DNA from: an uncultured Alphaproteobacteria bacterium | GTDB lineage: Bacteria > Pseudomonadota > Alphaproteobacteria > Rhizobiales > Devosiaceae | NCBI GenBank assembly: GCA_963717095.1 | Contig: CAVQVF010000005.1 | Span: 360,404 to 392,403 of the forward strand | Length of the DNA: 32,000 nucleotides | Direction of reading: 5' to 3' | Shown here: positions 26,190 to 32,000 of the stretch, one piece after another | Layout: each line of letters starts with the position of its first letter | Numbering within the stretch: position 1 is the stretch's first letter | Position numbers and translations under genes: made by a program | Notes under the pieces: generated by a model | What the model was told of the DNA's origin: nothing | The model's database searches: none | The model's input: only the letters and a program-made list of their open reading frames with translations

Positions 26190-27899
26190 ATGTCCTTCAC
26201 CGGCTGGGTACAGATCGCGCTTGTGCTGATCGTCACCCTGCTCACGGTCAAGCCTCTCGGCCTCTATATGGCCAAGGTTTTCTCCGGCGAGCGTAATTTC
26301 CTCTCTCCCGTCCTCGGCCCGGTCGAGCGCGGGTTTTATGCCATCGCCGGGGTCGATCCGAAAAAGGGCCAGGGCTGGCTCGCCTATGTCTTTGGCGTGC
26401 TGCTGTTCTCGCTCGTCGGCTTCGTGCTGCTCTATGCCATTCTGCGCCTGCAAAATGTCTTGCCGTTCAATCCGTTGAACCTGCCGGCCGTGGCGCCGGA
26501 TCTGGCCTTCAACACCGCCATGAGCTTCGTCACCAATACCAATTGGCAGGCTTATAGCGGCGAAAGCACCATGAGCAATTTCAGCCAGATGGTGGGCCTG
26601 ACGGTACAGAACTTCGTCTCCGGCGCCACCGGCGTGGCTGTCGCCATCGCCCTGACGCGCGCCTTTATCGGCTCCGGCGTCAAGGAACTGGGCAATTTCT
26701 GGGTCGATCTGACCCGCGCCACGCTTTACGTGCTGCTGCCACTGGCTATTGTCGTGGCCCTGGTCTTCGTCGCCATGGGCTTGCCGCAAACGCTCACTGC
26801 CGCAACGGCTGCGACGACGCTCGAAGGCGCCAACCAGACCATCGCGCTGGGCCCCGTTGCCAGCCAGGAAGCCATCAAGCAGCTTGGTACCAATGGTGGT
26901 GGCTTCTTCAACGTCAACGCCGCCCATCCGTTCGAAAATCCCAACGCGTTCTCGAACTACCTCAACATTATCTCGATGCTGCTGGTCCCCATGGCGCTGG
27001 CCTTCACTTTCGGCCAACTGGTCGGCAATCGCCGCCAGGGTTGGGCGTTCATCTCCGTCATCCTCATCCTGCTGGTCGTGGGCACCGGTGCCATCTACTG
27101 GGCCGAAACCTATGGCAATCCGCTGGTCAGCGCCTTGGGCGTCGATCCGTCCATGGGCAATATGGAAGGCAAGGAGATTCGCTTCGGCCAGCCCATGACC
27201 GCGCTCTATGCAGCCGTCACCACCGGCATCTCCGATGGCGGCGTCAATGGCATGCTGAGCTCGTTCACCCCCCTGGGTGGTCTCGTGCCGATGTTCTTCA
27301 TCCAGCTCGGCGAAATCCTGCCCGGTGGCACTGGCTCGGGCCTCTATGCGCTGGTGGTCTTCGCCATCCTCGCCGTCTTCATCGCCGGCCTGATGGTGGG
27401 CCGCACGCCCGAATTCCTCGGGAAGAAGATCGAGGCCCGCGAGATGAAATATGCCGTTCTGGCAGTGATCATCCTGCCACTGACCATTCTTGGCTTTACC
27501 TCGATCTCGGTGGTGCTGCCCTTTGGCGTCTCGCAAATCCTGAGCGCCGGGCCGCATGGCCTCTCGGAAATCCTCTACGCCTATACCTCGGCAGCCGGCA
27601 ATAACGGCTCCGCCTTCGCCGGTCTCTCGGCCAATACCCCTTGGTACAATACCACCCTGGGCATTGCCATGCTGCTCGGCCGCTTCGCCTACCTCGTGCC
27701 GGTCCTGGCCATTGCCGGCTCGCTGGCCGCCAAGACCAAGTCGGCGCCTTCCGCCGGCACTTTCCCCACCGATCGGCCGCTCTTCGTCGGCTTGATGATC
27801 GGCGTCATCCTGATCCTGGGCGGGCTGCAATTCTTCCCGGCCCTAGCCCTCGGGCCCATCGTCGAGCACTTCGTCATGCTCGCCGGCCAGACCTTCTGA
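26190..27899 (+). CDS. kdpA: potassium-transporting ATPase subunit A
   Basis: 569 aa. Selectivity-filter-like segments ([38 protein letters not shown]) and [19 protein letters not shown]. Confidence 0.97.
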   Translation: MSFTGWVQIALVLIVTLLTVKPLGLYMAKVFSGERNFLSPVLGPVERGFYAIAGVDPKKGQGWLAYVFGVLLFSLVGFVLLYAILRLQNVLPFNPLNLPAVAPDLAFNTAMSFVTNTNWQAYSGESTMSNFSQMVGLTVQNFVSGATGVAVAIALTRAFIGSGVKELGNFWVDLTRATLYVLLPLAIVVALVFVAMGLPQTLTAATAATTLEGANQTIALGPVASQEAIKQLGTNGGGFFNVNAAHPFENPNAFSNYLNIISMLLVPMALAFTFGQLVGNRRQGWAFISVILILLVVGTGAIYWAETYGNPLVSALGVDPSMGNMEGKEIRFGQPMTALYAAVTTGISDGGVNGMLSSFTPLGGLVPMFFIQLGEILPGGTGSGLYALVVFAILAVFIAGLMVGRTPEFLGKKIEAREMKYAVLAVIILPLTILGFTSISVVLPFGVSQILSAGPHGLSEILYAYTSAAGNNGSAFAGLSANTPWYNTTLGIAMLLGRFAYLVPVLAIAGSLAAKTKSAPSAGTFPTDRPLFVGLMIGVILILGGLQFFPALALGPIVEHFVMLAGQTF

Positions 27900-27910
27900 G
27901 TGAGATAATC

Positions 27911-29972
27911 ATGTCAACCAAAACAGCCGCTGCTACTTCGCTGTTCGACCCGGCGATCATCTTCCCGGCCCTGCGTGATGCCTTCATCAAGCTCGACCCT
28001 CGCCAACTCCTGCGCAATCCGGTGATTTTTGTCACCGAGGTTGTCGCGGTCCTCGTCACGGGGCTCTGGGTGCAGGAACTGGTCTCCGGCACTGGCTCGC
28101 CTTTGTTCTCGGGCCAGATCGCCATCTGGCTCTGGTTCACCGTGCTCTTCGCCACCTTCGCCGAAGCCGTGGCCGAAGGGCGCGGCAAGGCCCAGGCCGA
28201 AAGCCTCAAGCGCGCCAAGTCCGACCTGTTCGCCAAGCGCCTGAAATTCCCCGAAGACCGGAGCAGGACCGACCACGAGGTCATCCCGGCCGCGTCCCTG
28301 CGCATCGGCGACATCATCTATGTCGAAACGAACGACCTGATCCCCGGTGACGGCGAAATCATCGATGGCGTCGCCTCGGTCAACGAAAGCGCCATCACCG
28401 GTGAATCCGCCCCGGTAATCCGTGAATCGGGTGGCGACCGTTCTGCCGTCACCGGCGGTACCCAGGTCATCTCCGATTGGCTGAAAATCCGCATCACCAC
28501 CAAGCCCGGCGAAACCTTCGTCGACCGCATGATCGCGCTGATCGAAGGCGCCAAGCGCCAGAAAACCCCCAACGAGATCGCGCTATCGATCCTGCTGTCG
28601 GGCCTGACGCTGATCTTCCTCATCGCCGTGGTCACGCTCTACGGGCTCGCCGCCTATTCCGGCACCGACCTGTCCGCCGTCGTCCTGGCCGCCCTTCTGG
28701 TGACGCTGATCCCCACCACCATCGGCGGGCTGCTCTCGGCCATCGGTATTGCCGGCATGGATCGGCTGATCCGCTTCAACGTCATCGCCACCTCCGGCCG
28801 CTCGGTCGAAGCAGCCGGCGACGTCGATACCCTGCTGCTCGATAAGACCGGCACCATCACCTACGGCAACCGCATGGCCACCGAGTTCCTGCCGGTGGCA
28901 GGCGTCGCCGAACGCGATCTCGCCGAAGCCGTGCTGCTCGCCAGCCTTGCCGACGAAACCGCCGAAGGCCGCTCCATCGTGGCGCTCGCCAAAGCCGATT
29001 TCGGCCTGTCCGAACCGTCCATCACTGGCAAGGGGACGACCAGCATCCCCTTCACCGCCCAGACCCGCATCTCCGGCATCGATATCGAAGGCCGCCAGAT
29101 CCGCAAGGGCGCCATCGACTCGGTTCTCAAGTTCGCCGGTCTCACTCGTGACGACGCTCCGCGCGAATTCCTCGCCGCCGTCGATAAGGTCGCCCGCACT
29201 GGCGGCACGCCGCTTGGCGTCGCCGATAGCGGCCGCCTGCTCGGCGTCGTCCACCTCAAGGACGTGGTCAAGCCCGGCATCAAGGAGCGTTTCGCCGCTC
29301 TGCGCGCCATGGGCATCAAGACGGTGATGGTCACCGGCGACAACCCGGTCACCGCCGCCGCCATCGCCTCGGAAGCCGGCGTCGATGACTTCATCGCCGA
29401 AGCCACGCCCGAACAGAAGCTCGACTATATCCGCAAGGAACAGGTCGGCGGCCGCCTCATCGCCATGTGCGGCGACGGCACCAATGACGCGCCCGCTCTT
29501 GGCCCAGGCCGACGTTGGCGTGGCCATGCAGACCGGCACCCAGGCCGCCCGCGAGGCCGGCAACATGGTGGATCTGGACTCCAGCCCCACCAAGCTCATC
29601 GAGATCGTCGAGATCGGCAAACAGATCCTGATGACGCGTGGCTCGCTGACCACCTTCTCCATCGCCAACGATGTGGCCAAATACTTCGCCATCATCCCGG
29701 CTTTGTTCCTGGTGACCTATCCCCAGCTTGGCGCGCTCAACATCATGGGCCTGCACAGCCCGCAATCGGCGATCCTGTCGGCGGTTATCTTCAATGCCCT
29801 GATCATCATCGCATTGATCCCGCTGGCCCTGCGCGGCGTCAAATACCGCCCCGTCGGCGCCGCCGCCCTGCTGTCGCGCAACCTGCTGATCTACGGTGTC
29901 GGTGGCCTCATCGCCCCCTTCATCTTCATCAAGCTGATCGACATGATCATCACCGCGATCGGGATCATCTGA
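27911..29972 (+). pseudogene. kdpB: potassium-transporting P-type ATPase subunit B, interrupted by a +1 frameshift near 29498-29502
   Basis: N-terminal frame 27911-~29500 ([25 protein letters not shown]...[19 protein letters not shown]...[12 protein letters not shown]) continues one frame over as [41 protein letters not shown]...ITAIGII to 29972. Removing one base restores about 686 aa. Confidence 0.9.
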
Positions 29973-29991
29973 TGTCACGGAGTTATCCACG

Positions 29992-30112
29992 CCGCCTCCC
30001 TCCTCCTTGAGGGGAGGGATCGAGGGTGGGGGTTCTGCAGTCTCAGTCGAGCACCAAGTTTGCTGAGACACCAGAACCCCCACCCTAACCCTCCCCTCAA
30101 AGGGGGAGGGGA
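29992..30112. repeat. long imperfect inverted-repeat element, copy B, between kdpB and kdpC
   Basis: CCTCCCTCCTCCTTGAGGGGAGGGATCGAGGGTGGGGGTTCTG ... CAGAACCCCCACCCTAACCCTCCCCTCAAAGGGGGAGGGG; same consensus as copy A at 25651-25808. Confidence 0.82.
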
Positions 30113-30165
30113 TTGCTCCGGTGAACTTTGCTTCATCGCGCCATACCCAATTTCAGGAGCCCACC

Positions 30166-30729
30166 ATGCTCAGCCAACTCCGCCCCGCCATCGCGCTCAC
30201 CATCATCTTCACCCTGCTGCTCGGCCTGGCCTATCCCCTCGCCATCACCGGCGTTGCCGGTGCGGTCTTCCCGGCCAAGGCCCAGGGCAGTCTCATCGAA
30301 AAGGACGGTGTCGTCATCGGCTCGTCCCTGATCGGCCAGAACTTCACCAGCGACACCTATTTCTGGCCACGTCCCTCCGCCACCGGACCAGACCCCTATA
30401 ATGCCTCCGGTTCCACCGGCTCCAACTATGCCCCCACCTCGGCGGCCCTGATGGAGCGCATCAAGGGTTCCGTGGCCGCACTAGGCCAAACCACCCCGGT
30501 TCCCGCCGATGCGGTGACTGCTTCGGGCTCGGGCCTCGACCCCGATATCTCGCCCGCCTATGCCGCCCTGCAGATCGCCCGCGTCGCCACGGCTCGCGGT
30601 CTCGACCCTGCCGCCGTCACGACCTTGGTTGCCTCTGGCACCGACCAGCCAATCCTGGGTATATTCGGCGAACCGCGTGTTAATGTTCTTGCTCTCAACT
30701 TGGCGTTGGACGCGCTGCCAACCAACTAG
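30166..30729 (+). CDS. kdpC: potassium-transporting ATPase subunit C
   Basis: 187 aa with MLSQLRPAIALTIIFTLLLGLAYPLAITGVAGAVFPAKAQGSLI, SLIGQNFTSDTYFWPRPSAT, and SGSGLDPDISPAYAALQIARVATARG; ATG 30166 after AGGAG. Confidence 0.96.
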   Translation: MLSQLRPAIALTIIFTLLLGLAYPLAITGVAGAVFPAKAQGSLIEKDGVVIGSSLIGQNFTSDTYFWPRPSATGPDPYNASGSTGSNYAPTSAALMERIKGSVAALGQTTPVPADAVTASGSGLDPDISPAYAALQIARVATARGLDPAAVTTLVASGTDQPILGIFGEPRVNVLALNLALDALPTN

Positions 30730-30736
30730 GACCGCA

Positions 30737-32000
30737 ATGGCCCGAACTGCCGATACCAGGCCAGATCCAATGGCCCTTCTTGAGCTTGCCGCTGGCGAAG
30801 GCCGTGGCAAGCTCACGATTTTTCTCGGCGCCGCGCCCGGCGTCGGCAAGACCTATGCCATGCTTGCCCGTGCTGCCCGCCTCAAGGCCGAAGGCACCGA
30901 TATAGTCGTCGGCCTGGTCGAAACCCACGGCCGCAGCGAAACCTCGCAATTGCTCGACGGTCTCGATATCCTGCCCCGGCGCAAGATTGCCCGCGATGCC
31001 GAACTTTACGGCGAGTTCGATCTGGACGCGGCCCTCGCGCGCAAGCCCGCCATCATCATCGTCGATGAACTGGCCCACACCAACGATGCCGACGCGCGCC
31101 ACCCCAAGCGCTATCAGGACATTGCCGAGCTGGTTGGCGCCGGCATCAACGTCTGGACTGCGCTCAATGTGCAGCACCTTGAAAGCCTTGCCGATCTGGT
31201 GACCCAGATTACCGGCGTGCCGGTGCGCGAAACCGTTCCCGACGTGGTGCTGCAACGGGCCGATGAAGTCGTGCTCGTCGATCTTCCCCCGGCCGAACTG
31301 ATCGCCCGCCTGCATGAGGGCAAGGTCTATCTGCCCGCCAATGCCAAGCGTGCCGCCGATGGCTTTTTCAAGCCCTCCAACCTCACCGCCTTGCGTGAAC
31401 TGGCCTTGCGTCGCGCCGCCGACCGCGTCGATGACCAGATGGTCGATATCCTGCGCCAGCAGGCCGTCGAAGGTCCCTGGGCCACCGCCGAGCGCCTCCT
31501 GGTCTGCGTTGGTCCCGACCAGCTCTCCCAAAGCGTCGTGCGCACCGCCTCGCGCCTCGCCACCGGTCTCAACGCCCGCTGGATGGTGGTCTCGCTCGCC
31601 CGCACCAATGCCGCCACGCCCGATGCCGAAAGCGCCTCGCGCCTCGAAGCGACGCTCGCCCTTGCCGAACGGCTCGGTGGCGAAATCCGCCGCCTCACCG
31701 CCGATGACTACGTCACCGAAATCATTCGCCTGGCGCGCAAGGAAAACGTCACCCAGATCGTTATCGGCCGGCCCAAGGCCAGGCTGCGCGATCGCCTCTT
31801 CACCCGCTCCTTGCCCGATGCCCTGATGCGCTCTGCCGGTGATATCGGCATTTACCTGGTCCCCGGCGACGCTGCAAAGCCTCGGCGTCCAACTTTCCTG
31901 CGCCGCCGTACCCCGCCCGAATGGGTACAAACCGTCGTCATTCCCACGCTGTCCGTCGTCGCGATCACCATGATCGGCAAGGGGCTCTCCCAGGTCGTCG
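30737..32000 (+). CDS. kdpD: osmosensitive K+ channel sensor histidine kinase, N-terminal part; continues beyond the window
   Basis: GRGKLTIFLGAAPGVGKTYAMLARA, VVGLVETHGRSET, IVDELAHTNDADARHPKRYQDI, NVQHLESLADLV followed by a USP-like domain and the beginning of the TM region; no stop codon before the window end. Confidence 0.95.
   Translation, partial: MARTADTRPDPMALLELAAGEGRGKLTIFLGAAPGVGKTYAMLARAARLKAEGTDIVVGLVETHGRSETSQLLDGLDILPRRKIARDAELYGEFDLDAALARKPAIIIVDELAHTNDADARHPKRYQDIAELVGAGINVWTALNVQHLESLADLVTQITGVPVRETVPDVVLQRADEVVLVDLPPAELIARLHEGKVYLPANAKRAADGFFKPSNLTALRELALRRAADRVDDQMVDILRQQAVEGPWATAERLLVCVGPDQLSQSVVRTASRLATGLNARWMVVSLARTNAATPDAESASRLEATLALAERLGGEIRRLTADDYVTEIIRLARKENVTQIVIGRPKARLRDRLFTRSLPDALMRSAGDIGIYLVPGDAAKPRRPTFLRRRTPPEWVQTVVIPTLSVVAITMIGKGLSQVV

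Noticed and set aside
25992-27830. 612-aa minus-strand ORF antisense to kdpA
   Set aside because: Low-complexity, Q/H/D/E/R-rich mirror translation of the highly conserved kdpA gene, with no recognisable domain.
27641-30010. 789-aa ORF as a real fused protein
   Set aside because: The N-terminal 90 codons overlap kdpA out of frame, and the C-terminal part after ~29500 is out-of-frame KdpB ([15 protein letters not shown]...). The true kdpB starts at 27911 and needs a frame correction.
25651-30112. Possible CRISPR array from the GC-rich repeats
   Set aside because: Only two distant copies, each an inverted rather than direct repeat, with no regular spacers or cas genes.
1-32000. Defence, toxin-antitoxin, retron, phage or secretion systems
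   Set aside because: Every sizeable supported gene is assignable to transport, catabolism, regulation or kdp; no hallmark domains were seen.

Overview
The window is ordinary-looking alphaproteobacterial (Devosia/Rhizobiales-like, inferred from style and GC) metabolic and transport DNA. I see no CRISPR array, tRNA/rRNA, phage or defence system. Contents, left to right: (1) a fumarate-reductase/TcuA-like flavoprotein, truncated at the left edge, then an Fe3+/polyamine-type ABC importer; (2) a short IS-like transposase remnant; (3) an unsaturated-uronate utilisation block: kduD, kduI, MalFG-type ABC importer, orphan enolase-superfamily enzyme, GntR/FCD regulator, UgpC/MsmK-type ATPase, LacI regulator and GH88 glucuronyl hydrolase; (4) a divergent operon-like run of a CoA-transferase family III enzyme, MaoC-like hydratase, RbsABC-type importer with two permeases, AtzG-like small protein, amidase and Ldh2-family dehydrogenase; (5) a kdp potassium locus (small membrane ORF, kdpF, kdpA, kdpB, kdpC, kdpD partial). 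The most notable items are: a +1 frameshift inside the kdpB hinge motif; a perfect LacI-type operator in the GH88/CoA-transferase divergent promoter, with a near-perfect copy inside the CoA-transferase gene; GC-rich hairpins directly after all three substrate-binding protein genes; two copies of a long inverted-repeat element, one separating kdpB and kdpC; UxuR/ExuR-like GGTATAC boxes; and an unexplained catabolic operon mixing CoA-thioester, sugar-importer and amidase genes.
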